A DNA stretch of 64,000 nucleotides, taken from NCBI GenBank assembly GCA_965116905.1, contig OZ220732.1:1088001-1152000 (forward strand). Reading direction: 5' to 3'. The DNA comes from Longimicrobiales bacterium. GTDB lineage: Bacteria > Gemmatimonadota > Gemmatimonadetes > Longimicrobiales > Gaopeijiaceae. The notes under the pieces were generated by a model, which searched no databases, had not been told where the DNA came from, and worked only from the letters and a program-made list of their open reading frames with translations. The position numbers were made by a program, and so were the translations under genes. Positions 1 to 8,295 of this stretch are shown here, piece by piece (the first letter of the stretch is position 1; each line of letters begins with the position of its first letter).

Positions 1-2
1 GC

Positions 3-716
3 GACAATCTCTTCCGCTTCGTCAACCGCAACGATGCGGCGTTCGGGTCGCCCTTCGGCCTGGGCACCCATTCGGGCGGCGGCGGCATCGGCACGCTCAC
101 CGTGGCCGAGAGCACGGCGTTCTCGCGCTACCACGCGGTGACGGCCGGGCTGCGCGGCCAGGGTGCCTGGGGTGGGCGCCTGACCTTCGACCTCGGCTAC
201 ACGCTGTCCTTCGACAGGTCCGACGACGACAACGAACGCGACCCCTTCACGTTCCGGTACGCGGACGCGTCCAGCCTGGCGCCGGAGTACGGCTGGTCAG
301 ACCGGGATCGGCGGCACAAGCTCACCGGCTACCTGGCCTTCGACCTTCCCGGGAACGTTGCCTTCAACAACGTGGTGCGGTACCTGTCCGCGTCGCCGGT
401 CTCGGAGAGCTGTGCCCGTCGCGGGGAGCGGGCCAGCCAGCCATCGGACCGGATCTGCACGGACGGCACGATCCTCGAGCGCAACACGCTGCGGCGCGCC
501 AACGAGTTCTTCACCTGGGACATCAAGCTGTCACGCCCCTTCGAGATCGAGGGTGGCAGGAGCGTCGAGGCCGTCTTCGACGTCTTCAACCTCACCAACG
601 CCGACAACTCGCTGGACACCGCCCAGGGCTCGCTCCTCTTCAACTTCGACGGGTCGATCCGAAGCGGCTTGGGGGATACGCGGCGGGCCCAGCTGGGAGC
701 GCGGATCCGGTTTTAG
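3..716 (+). CDS. TonB-dependent receptor, C-terminal barrel part (5' end outside window)
   Basis: Open frame from the window edge; amphipathic beta-strands, 'FDVFNLTN' motif and terminal 'RRAQLGARIRF' with C-terminal Phe. Confidence 0.8.
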   Translation, partial: DNLFRFVNRNDAAFGSPFGLGTHSGGGGIGTLTVAESTAFSRYHAVTAGLRGQGAWGGRLTFDLGYTLSFDRSDDDNERDPFTFRYADASSLAPEYGWSDRDRRHKLTGYLAFDLPGNVAFNNVVRYLSASPVSESCARRGERASQPSDRICTDGTILERNTLRRANEFFTWDIKLSRPFEIEGGRSVEAVFDVFNLTNADNSLDTAQGSLLFNFDGSIRSGLGDTRRAQLGARIRF

Positions 717-775
717 GGGTAGAGCCGGTCGCACCGGTTGTGGAGTAGCCCCTCGCATGCCGTCGTTCTCTCCCA

Positions 776-832
776 TGCCGTCGTTCTCTTGGTTTACTTT
801 ATGTCGTAACCTGAACTAACAGCACGACGGCA
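776..832. terminator. Imperfect 19-bp inverted repeat between convergent genes (possible bidirectional terminator or small repeat element)
   Basis: TGCCGTCGTTCTCTTGGTT (776-794) matches the reverse complement of 814-832 at 16/19. Confidence 0.4.
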
Positions 833-908
833 GATACACGGCCCGGGATAGGCCCCCTTCACCTGTCCACGCGCACGGCCAGGATGTCCACGTTGTGGGC
901 CCTCCTCT

Positions 909-2075
909 CTACGACTTCGGAATGTTGTCCGGATCCACGAACGGCTTCAGCACCACGGCGGCCTCCCGCTCCCCGTCCGGCGTGGCCACCCGCAGCCGCG
1001 TCCCCAACTCCGCGAACGCCGTAGGCACCATCGCGTAGCCGATATTCCGCTTCAGCCGAGGCGACCACACCGCCGACGTGACGAAGCCGATCGCCTCGCC
1101 GCCGCCCTCGCCCCCGGGACCGTCCGTCCACACCGGCCACCGCGCCATGTTGAGGTCGAGCGGCGCCCCCGCGATCTCGACGCCCGCCAGCCGCCGCCGG
1201 GGCCCCTCGGCCGCGATCCGCGCCAGCGCCTCCTGGCCGATGAAGTCGCCGTCCTGCCCGTCGTCCACCTGCCACCCCAACCCGACCTCGTACGGATTCG
1301 TGTCCAGGGTCATGTCGATCCCGTAGTTCAGGATCCCGGCCTCGATCCGCCGGATGTCGGACGGGCCGGTCGGCGCAATGTCCAGATCGGCGCCCGCCTC
1401 CATCACCCTGTCCCACAGCTCCACCCCCCGGCTTCCGTCACGGAGGTAGATCTCGTAGCCGACCTCACCGCTCCATCCGGTCCGCGTCACCACCACGGGA
1501 ATGCCGTCCAGGTCGGTCTCCGCGAACCAGTAGTAGCGCAGCCCCGAGACGGCGTCTCCGAAGAGCCTTCGCACGACCTCCTTCGACTTCGGCCCCTGCA
1601 CCTGCATCGGCGACACATCGGGCTCGCAAAGCCGCACATCCAGCCCCGAATGCAGCGCCACGCCCTTCGCCCACAGCAGCACGTCGCTGTCCGCCAGCGC
1701 CAGCCAGAAGTGATTCTCGCCCAGCCGCAGGAGCACCGGATCGTTCACGATGCCCCCGTCCTCGGCCGTGATCAGCACGTACTTCCCCTGCCCGACGGCG
1801 CACTTCGACAGGTCCCGCGGCGTCAGCAGGTTCGTGAACGCGAACGCGTCCGGTCCGGTGATCTCGACCTGCCGCTCGACGCTCACGTCCCACACCGTGA
1901 CCCCCGTCCGCAGCCTCTCGTACTCGGCGTGCAGGTCGTCGTACCGCGTGGGCAGAAACATGTGGTTGTAGACCGTGTAGGCGCGGCAGCCGGCGCGCAG
2001 CGTGGCGTCGAAGTACGGGGAACGGCGGAGCCGGGCGCCGCGCTGGATGAGGGCCATGTCGAAGGAGGGCGTCAT
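909..2075 (-). CDS. GcvT-family THF-dependent aminomethyl/methyltransferase, DmdA-like
   Basis: 'RLRRSPYF..YTVYNHMFLP..VWDVSVERQVEITGPDA..NDPVLLRL..RTGWSGEVGYEIY', similar to DmdA-type GcvT proteins. Confidence 0.8.
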   Translation of the reverse strand: MTPSFDMALIQRGARLRRSPYFDATLRAGCRAYTVYNHMFLPTRYDDLHAEYERLRTGVTVWDVSVERQVEITGPDAFAFTNLLTPRDLSKCAVGQGKYVLITAEDGGIVNDPVLLRLGENHFWLALADSDVLLWAKGVALHSGLDVRLCEPDVSPMQVQGPKSKEVVRRLFGDAVSGLRYYWFAETDLDGIPVVVTRTGWSGEVGYEIYLRDGSRGVELWDRVMEAGADLDIAPTGPSDIRRIEAGILNYGIDMTLDTNPYEVGLGWQVDDGQDGDFIGQEALARIAAEGPRRRLAGVEIAGAPLDLNMARWPVWTDGPGGEGGGEAIGFVTSAVWSPRLKRNIGYAMVPTAFAELGTRLRVATPDGEREAAVVLKPFVDPDNIPKS

Positions 2076-2143
2076 TCAGGGTGTCTCCTGGAGTTGGGGA
2101 TCCGGGGTTGGGAATGGGGGTTGAGGAATAGGGGTCGAGGAGA

Positions 2144-2161
2144 TTGTGAAGATTTTCACGA
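2144..2161. promoter_or_regulatory. Rex-box-like palindrome TTGTGAA-GATT-TTCACGA
   Basis: 13/14 match to TTGTGAA-N4-TTCACAA, about 70 bp upstream of the DmdA-like gene. Confidence 0.5.
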
Positions 2162-2190
2162 GTGCTGGCAGTCGTCCGCGGGCTATTAGG

Positions 2191-3864
2191 TCATCGCGCC
2201 ACCTGCTTCCGTTCGCGCAAGATTGCGCCTGCGGCAAGACGGCCCGGTCCTCCCGTCACGCCCCCTCCCGGGTGGCACCCCGAGCCGCACAGGAACAGAC
2301 CGTCCACCGGCGTCGCGTACCGCGCCCAACCCGCGATTGGGCGCATGAAGAGCATCTGGTCGAGTCCCATCTGGCCATGGTATTCGTCGCCATTGGTGAG
2401 ACCCGGTTCGGTTTCGAGGTCGAGCGGCGTGAGCAGGCGCTGGTCAACGATGCGGTCGCGCATGCCGGGAAGAAAGTCGTCGAGGACGGTGAGGACGTTG
2501 GAGAGGAGGGCGTCGCGGGCCGCATCGTCCTCCCACCGGCCCTCGCGCAGGCGGTAGGGCGCGTAACGCACCTGGATCGAGGCCAGGTGGCGGCCGTCGG
2601 ACGCGAGCGTGGCGTCGTGCAGCGTGGGCATCACCATGTCGAGGTGCGGGCGGGCCGAGGCGCGGCCATACTTGGCGTCGTCGCTGGCGCGTTCCAGGTA
2701 GTCCACGGTGGGGGCCACCAGGGTGTGGCCGGCCAGCCGTTCGGCCGCGTCCGGGAGTGGTGGAAGGTCGTCGAGCAGCAGGTGCAGGACTGCCGTGGTG
2801 CCGAGCAGCTGGATGTTGGCCACCTTGCGGTTGAACTCGGGGCCGAGTTGCGGCGCGCCCACCAGCCCGAAGAAGGTGCGTCGGGGATCGGCGCCCGAGA
2901 TCACGCAGTGCGCGGCGATCTCTTGCCCGTCGGCCAGCGCCACCCCGGTCGCGGTCCCGTCCTCGACGAGAATGCGCGCGACCTCGGTGTGCGTGCGGAC
3001 CTCTGCCCCGTGCGCCTGCGCCGCCGCGGCCAGCGCGGTGGAGAGCGTCCCTATCCCGCCCTTCACGAACGCCGACGAGCGGAAGCCGTGGGGTTCGCAC
3101 CCCGTGGCGTGGTAGAGCATCCGCAACGCGCCGCCCATGGCGCTCGGGCCGTGACGGGAGCCCGCCAGCGCGGTGCTGGCGAGCATTCCCTTGAGGGCGT
3201 CGCTCTCGAACCAGTCGTCGAGGAGGTCTCGGGCCGGGAGCGGTGCGACGCGCAGCAGTTCCACGACCGTGCGCTTGCCGAGCCTGCCCGCCTGGATGAG
3301 GGGGCGGAGGAGACGGAGCCGCTCGTGGGGCGTCATGTCGTGCGGGGCGGGGGCAGGGTGGTCCAGGGCGACGCGCAGTACCCGCGCCATGGTGCGCAGA
3401 TGGTCGGCCCAGTCGGGGAAGCGGGCCGCGTCCGTGCGGTCGTGGCGGGCGATCTCATCGCGTGTGCGCGCGGGGTCGCGCCACAGGGTGAGGGCCTCGC
3501 CGCCGCCGGTCAGCGAGGTCGCCAGCGCGGGGGGACGGACCCAGGCGAGGCCGTGGGCGGCGAGGCCCAGCTCGGCGGCGAGGTCGCGGCCGGGCCCGGA
3601 GCCAGGACCGGAGCCGGGTCCGGAGGCGGGACCGGGTCCGGGGCCGGAGCCGAGGCGAGAGCCGGAGCCCGCCGGGAAGAGTCCCGCGTCCTGCGCGGCC
3701 ACGTTGACGGCGCAGCCGGGGAAGATCTCCGCCGTCGAGGCGGCGCCCCCCAGGACTGCACGCCGCTCCAGCACGAGGACCTTCCACCTCTCGCAGGCGA
3801 GCCGGGCGGCCGTTACCAGTGCGTTGTGACCGCCTCCCACGATGACCGCGTCGTACTGCTTCAC
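2191..3864 (-). CDS. Phytoene desaturase-like (PYROXD2-like) FAD-dependent oxidoreductase, copy 2
   Basis: GTG start overlapping the upstream stop (GTGA); 'YDAVIVGGGHNALV', 'LCGSGCHPGGGVTG'. Confidence 0.85.
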   Translation of the reverse strand: MKQYDAVIVGGGHNALVTAARLACERWKVLVLERRAVLGGAASTAEIFPGCAVNVAAQDAGLFPAGSGSRLGSGPGPGPASGPGSGPGSGPGRDLAAELGLAAHGLAWVRPPALATSLTGGGEALTLWRDPARTRDEIARHDRTDAARFPDWADHLRTMARVLRVALDHPAPAPHDMTPHERLRLLRPLIQAGRLGKRTVVELLRVAPLPARDLLDDWFESDALKGMLASTALAGSRHGPSAMGGALRMLYHATGCEPHGFRSSAFVKGGIGTLSTALAAAAQAHGAEVRTHTEVARILVEDGTATGVALADGQEIAAHCVISGADPRRTFFGLVGAPQLGPEFNRKVANIQLLGTTAVLHLLLDDLPPLPDAAERLAGHTLVAPTVDYLERASDDAKYGRASARPHLDMVMPTLHDATLASDGRHLASIQVRYAPYRLREGRWEDDAARDALLSNVLTVLDDFLPGMRDRIVDQRLLTPLDLETEPGLTNGDEYHGQMGLDQMLFMRPIAGWARYATPVDGLFLCGSGCHPGGGVTGGPGRLAAGAILRERKQVAR

Positions 3865-5486
3865 CTCCCCCTCCTCCCCCGGCCAAACCCCCGCCGAAGA
3901 TCCTTCAGCACTCTGCCCGCGGCGAGCTTGCCCGGCGCTCCCATGATCCCGCCGCCCGGGTGCGTGCCCGAGCCGCACTGGTAGTAGCCGCGCACCGGGG
4001 TCCGGTAGCCCGCGTAGCCGGCGGCCGGACGGAGGAAGAAGAGCTGCGACGGCGTCAGCTCGCCCTGGAAGATGTTGCCCTGGGTGAGGCCCGTGGTGCG
4101 CTCGATGTCGAGCGGCGTGACGACCTGACGGTGCAGGATGATGTCCTTCAGGTTGGGGATGTAGCGGGTCAGCGTGTCGATGACGGTGTCGCCGAAGGCC
4201 TCGCGCTTCTCGTCCCAGGTGCCGTCGCGCAGCTCGTAGGGGGCGTACTGGACGAAGCAGGACATCACGTGCTTGCCGGGCGGCGCCATGGCTGGATCGA
4301 TCGCCGAGGGGATGACGATGTCGATGTAGGGTTCGCGGGAGAAGTCGCCGTACCTGGCGTCGTCGTAGGCGCGTTCGAGGTAGTCGATGGACGGGCTGAT
4401 CGAGACGGCGCCGCGCAGGTGGGGTCCGTGGCCGGGCATGCACGTGAAGTCGGGGGCGGTGTCGAGCGCCAGGTTGACCTTGCCGCTGGAGCCGCGGAAG
4501 CGGTAGCCGCGCACGGCGCCTAGCAGGTCGTCGGGGAGCGCGCTTTCGTCGACCAGGTCGAGGAAGGTGCGGTGTGGGTCGAGGCTGGAGGAGACCACCT
4601 TGGCGTGCAGTTCGTCGCCGTTGGCGAGCGCCACGCCCTGGACACGCCCGTTCTTCACCAATGCCCGTGCCACGGGCGCGCCGGTCCGGATCTCGGCTCC
4701 CGCCTCGCGCGCTGCGGACGCGATCGCGTTTGCCACGGCCCCGGTCCCACCCTTGGCGAAGCCCCAGGCACGAAAATGGCCGTCGATCTCGCCCATGTAG
4801 TGGTGCAGCAGGACGTAAGCAGTGCCCGGCGAGCGCGGGCCCAGGAAGGTGCCGATGATCCCGCTGGCCGACAGGGTGGCCTTGAGCACGTCGGTCTCGA
4901 ACCACTCGTCGACGAAATCCGCCGCGCTCATCGTCATGAGCTTGACGAGCAGGTGAAGCTGGTCGGGCTCGAGGTCGAGGAAGTGCCGGGCCAGGCCGAG
5001 CAGGCCGCGGATGTCGCCCGGCCCCAGCCGTCCGGGATCGGGAGGAGCGATGCCGAGCAGGTGCTTCACGGCGCGCGCCATGTAGAAGAGCGATCGCCCG
5101 TACTCGTCGTAGGCTTCGGCGTCGCGGATCGAAAAGCGGGCGATCTCGCGCCAGGTGCGGTGGTGGTCCGCGTCGCGGTAGAGGCGGTCGCCGTCCGGCA
5201 GCGGGGTCAGGGTGCTCTCGAGCGGCAGGATGGCGAGCCCGTGGCGCGGCAGGTCCAGTTCGCGGATGATGTCGGGACGCATCAGGCTGACCACGTACGA
5301 GAACACGCTGTACCGGAAGCCCGGGAAGATCTCCTCGGTGACGGTGGCGCCGCCGACCAGCGGCCGGGCTTCGAGGACGCACACGTCCAGGCCCGCGCGC
5401 GCCAGGTACGCGGCGTGGACGAGGCCGTTGTGCCCGCCGCCGATGACGATTGCGTCGTACCTGCGGGCGATGCGTTTGCCGGCCAT
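3861..5486 (-). CDS. Phytoene desaturase-like (PYROXD2-like) FAD-dependent oxidoreductase, copy 1
   Basis: 'YDAIVIGGGHNGLV..VGGATVTEE..PGTAYVLLHHYMGE..CGSGTHPGGGIMGAPG'. Confidence 0.9.
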   Translation of the reverse strand: MAGKRIARRYDAIVIGGGHNGLVHAAYLARAGLDVCVLEARPLVGGATVTEEIFPGFRYSVFSYVVSLMRPDIIRELDLPRHGLAILPLESTLTPLPDGDRLYRDADHHRTWREIARFSIRDAEAYDEYGRSLFYMARAVKHLLGIAPPDPGRLGPGDIRGLLGLARHFLDLEPDQLHLLVKLMTMSAADFVDEWFETDVLKATLSASGIIGTFLGPRSPGTAYVLLHHYMGEIDGHFRAWGFAKGGTGAVANAIASAAREAGAEIRTGAPVARALVKNGRVQGVALANGDELHAKVVSSSLDPHRTFLDLVDESALPDDLLGAVRGYRFRGSSGKVNLALDTAPDFTCMPGHGPHLRGAVSISPSIDYLERAYDDARYGDFSREPYIDIVIPSAIDPAMAPPGKHVMSCFVQYAPYELRDGTWDEKREAFGDTVIDTLTRYIPNLKDIILHRQVVTPLDIERTTGLTQGNIFQGELTPSQLFFLRPAAGYAGYRTPVRGYYQCGSGTHPGGGIMGAPGKLAAGRVLKDLRRGFGRGRRGR

Positions 5487-5491
5487 CCTGC

Positions 5492-6706
5492 TCACGCGCG
5501 CTTGCGCGCCGGGTCGAAGAACGGCGTCGGGACGACGCGCGCGGGGACCCTCTGGCGCACGAACTCGACCGTCAGTTCGATCTCGATGCGGCTGCCCGGC
5601 TTCGCGAAGTCGCGGCGGATGGTGGCCAGCGCGATGTACTTCTTGAGGATCGGCGAGAAGGTGGCGCTGGTGACGTAGCCGATCTGCAGGCCCGCGGCCC
5701 CGCCCCGGCGCCCGCGCTCGTAGATCGGCAGGGCGTCGCGCGAGGCACGGCCCGCGACCAGCGGCGGCAGTCCCACGGCGGCGAAGCGTTCCTCGATGCA
5801 TGGCCAGTCGGCCTCGAGTCCGGCGAGCGCCCACTCCGACGGCTTGGCCGCCTCACGCTCGAGCGCCCTCCGGCCCACGAAATCGCGGCCCGGCTCCGGC
5901 TGGACCGTCCACCCGAGGCCGGCCTCATAGGGCGATGACTTGCGCGACTCGATCAGCGCCGACCAGCTCGACACGTAGTCCACTTCCTTCAGCAACAACC
6001 CGGCTTCGATGCGGGCGACATCCAGCGCGTCGAGTCCGGCGGGCGCGATGCCGTAGCCGCGGCCGATCTCCATGAGTGCGTCCCATACGGCGAGCGCGTG
6101 CTCGGGCGGCATCCAGATCTCGTAGCCCAGGTCGCCGGTGTAGCCCGTGCGGGTGAGCGTGACCGGGGCCGTGCCGATATGGCCCCCGGTCAGCGCGAAA
6201 TACGGGAGCGAGGCGATGTCCGCGCCGGTCACGAGCCGCGTGAGAATGTCCCGCGAGGTGGGGCCCTGGAGCGCGAGAGCCGCGAGGTCGAGGGTAATGT
6301 CGCGCACGGCCGCGTCCATCCCGAGCGCGCAGTCCTGGAACCAGCGCAGGCACGGGTCGGCGGCGGTGATGCGGAAGGTGTCGGCGCCCAGGCGTTGCAC
6401 GGTGCCGTCGTCGATGAGCTTGCCGGCCTCGTCGCACCAGGGCGTGTAGAGCACCCGTCCCACCGGGCAGTCGAGGGCGCTCCGGGTCACCACGCGATCC
6501 AGGAGCGCGGCCGCGTCAGCCCCCGCGACCTCGTACTTGCGCAGCGGCGAGACATCGAAGAGCGCCGCCCCGCTGCGCACGGCATAGTACTCGTACTCGT
6601 GGCCGGGCTCGTAGCTCAGCGCCGCGGCGTACCCGGCCCAGTTGCGCCAGCGGCGGCTGCGGCAGAGGAGGGCGGTGCGCGGGTGGAAGGGGGTTTCGAG
6701 GAGCAT
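5492..6706 (-). CDS. Aminomethyltransferase (GcvT) family protein
   Basis: 'TPFHPRT..FDVSPLRKY..DDGTV..RTGYTGDLGYEIW..ARIEAGL..PTPFFDP'. Confidence 0.9.
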   Translation of the reverse strand: MLLETPFHPRTALLCRSRRWRNWAGYAAALSYEPGHEYEYYAVRSGAALFDVSPLRKYEVAGADAAALLDRVVTRSALDCPVGRVLYTPWCDEAGKLIDDGTVQRLGADTFRITAADPCLRWFQDCALGMDAAVRDITLDLAALALQGPTSRDILTRLVTGADIASLPYFALTGGHIGTAPVTLTRTGYTGDLGYEIWMPPEHALAVWDALMEIGRGYGIAPAGLDALDVARIEAGLLLKEVDYVSSWSALIESRKSSPYEAGLGWTVQPEPGRDFVGRRALEREAAKPSEWALAGLEADWPCIEERFAAVGLPPLVAGRASRDALPIYERGRRGGAAGLQIGYVTSATFSPILKKYIALATIRRDFAKPGSRIEIELTVEFVRQRVPARVVPTPFFDPARKRA

Positions 6707-6796
6707 GGCGGGGAACTTTGTCGCGAACCGAGAGGACGGCAAGGTGGGAACCGAGGGCTTCCGGAGATTCCGCCAAGGAGGGCTACGCCCCAACTG

Positions 6797-6888
6797 CGTT
6801 GAATATTTGTTCCCAAGAGCGTTGTAATCGTGTTTATGTATTCGTTGTAATGCTGTCTCTAAGAGCGTTGAAACTGTGTCTCCGTTCT
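6797..6888 (+). repeat. Four degenerate 23-bp tandem repeats (CGTTGWAW core) upstream of ATPase gene
   Basis: CGTTG starts at 6797, 6820, 6843 and 6866; TGT at a fixed offset in all four units; AAGAG ends units 1 and 3. Confidence 0.75.
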
Positions 6889-6941
6889 GTTAATCTACTC
6901 CATCACAGCCCGTAGCAACCTCTGCTCCAGGAGCGCTTAGC

Positions 6942-8237
6942 GTGGGATCCAACCCCGACAGGCTGTCTGCCAAGGGCGAGATCGAGCACTACACTCCACG
7001 TGTGGCCGACCAGGAACTGAAACAGTGTCTGGCTGCGGCCGGAGCTGTTCTGATCGAGGGCCCGAGAACCTGCGGCAAGACTGCGACCGCTCACCAGGTG
7101 GCCGCGAGCGAAGTCTTTCTGGACGTGGACCGAAGTGCCCAGGACATGATCGCGGTCAATCCCGACCTGGTGCTCGAAGGTCCGGCGCCTCGACTGCTGG
7201 ACGAGTGGCAAACCGCCCCGGTGATCTGGAACCACGTCCGCCGCGCCGTGGATTCACGTCCCGGCAAGGGCCATTTCATCCTGACCGGGTCGGCCGTTCC
7301 ACCCGATGACATCACCCGCCATACCGGGGCCGGCCGCATCGTCCGGATGCGCCTGCGCCCCATGTCGCTCTTCGAACTTGGGTCCAGCACAGGCACGGTG
7401 TCGCTCAGGAGTGTGCTTCAGGGAGTCCCGGTCCAAAACCCGTCAACAGACCTGTCGGTAGACGAACTCGCCAGACTGATTTGCGTCGGTGGCTGGCCCG
7501 GACATCTCCACTCCTCGCCCGAAGCGGCCATGCGCGTGAACCGAGGCTACGTTGACGACATCTGCCGTACCGATCTCCAGCGGGTCGACGGGGTGCGGCG
7601 AGACCCGGGAAGCGTCCACCGCTTCCTCCAGTCGCTGGGTCGAAACATCGCGACCTACGCATCCCTTGCGACCATCGCGCGCGATGTGTCTGGCCCGGAC
7701 CGCAAGTCGATGACAGGCCACACGGCGCGCTCGTACCTCACCGGACTGGAACGCCTCCTGGTTGTGGAGGACCAGCCCCCGTGGGCACCCCACCTGAGGT
7801 CACGCTCCCGGTTGCACGTCTCCCCGAAACGACACTTTGTGGACCCGTCGATCGCAGCCGCGGCACTCGGCGCGGGACCCGAACACCTGCTCCGCGATTT
7901 CCCCTGGTTCGGCTTTCTCTTCGAGTCGTTGGTGGTCCGGGACCTGCGCGTCCATGCTCAGGCCATCGATGCAGGAGTGTACCACTACCGCGACAACACG
8001 GGACTGGAAGTGGATGCCATCGTGGACGCCGGGCCCGGCCGTTGGGCGGCTTTCGAGATCAAGCTCGGTGTGAGCCGGATCGACGATGCGGCGCGCTCAC
8101 TTCTGAAGTTTGCAAATCGGATCGATACCAGCAGGTGCGGTGAACCCGCCACCCTCGGGGTCATCGTCGATCGCGGATTCGGGTATGTGCGTCCAGACGG
8201 TGTGAGCGTGATCCCGCTAGGGGCGCTGGGGCCCTGA
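6942..8237 (+). CDS. AAA_14 ATPase with DUF4143 and C-terminal PD-(D/E)xK-like motif
   Basis: Walker A GPRTCGKT, Walker B LLDEWQ, ILTGS, 'PKRHFVDP', 'YRDNTGLEVDAIV..AFEIK'. Confidence 0.85.
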   Translation: MGSNPDRLSAKGEIEHYTPRVADQELKQCLAAAGAVLIEGPRTCGKTATAHQVAASEVFLDVDRSAQDMIAVNPDLVLEGPAPRLLDEWQTAPVIWNHVRRAVDSRPGKGHFILTGSAVPPDDITRHTGAGRIVRMRLRPMSLFELGSSTGTVSLRSVLQGVPVQNPSTDLSVDELARLICVGGWPGHLHSSPEAAMRVNRGYVDDICRTDLQRVDGVRRDPGSVHRFLQSLGRNIATYASLATIARDVSGPDRKSMTGHTARSYLTGLERLLVVEDQPPWAPHLRSRSRLHVSPKRHFVDPSIAAAALGAGPEHLLRDFPWFGFLFESLVVRDLRVHAQAIDAGVYHYRDNTGLEVDAIVDAGPGRWAAFEIKLGVSRIDDAARSLLKFANRIDTSRCGEPATLGVIVDRGFGYVRPDGVSVIPLGALGP

Positions 8238-8295
8238 AGACTGCGTGCCTCCTCGCAGATCCTGACCAGCCGGGCGTACTGGCGTTCCCGACCTC

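Noticed and set aside
790..812. dif site (TTATGTCGTAA resembles the XerD arm)
   Set aside because: Only a partial match, and no recognisable XerC arm at the correct spacing.
909..2075. Firm dmdA assignment
   Set aside because: DmdA cannot be separated from close non-orthologous GcvT-like clades without a phylogeny.
2191..5382. Very long N-terminal extensions in the ORF track (1063, 949, 898, 759, 754 and 724 aa ORFs)
   Set aside because: The extensions are off-frame read-through of neighbouring genes. True starts are marked by RBS or stop/start overlaps.
2191..5486. Carotenoid biosynthesis (crtI/crtO)
   Set aside because: No crtB/crtE context; the neighbours are GcvT-family genes.
6797..6888. 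CRISPR array
   Set aside because: Units are contiguous and degenerate, with no spacers and no cas genes in the window.
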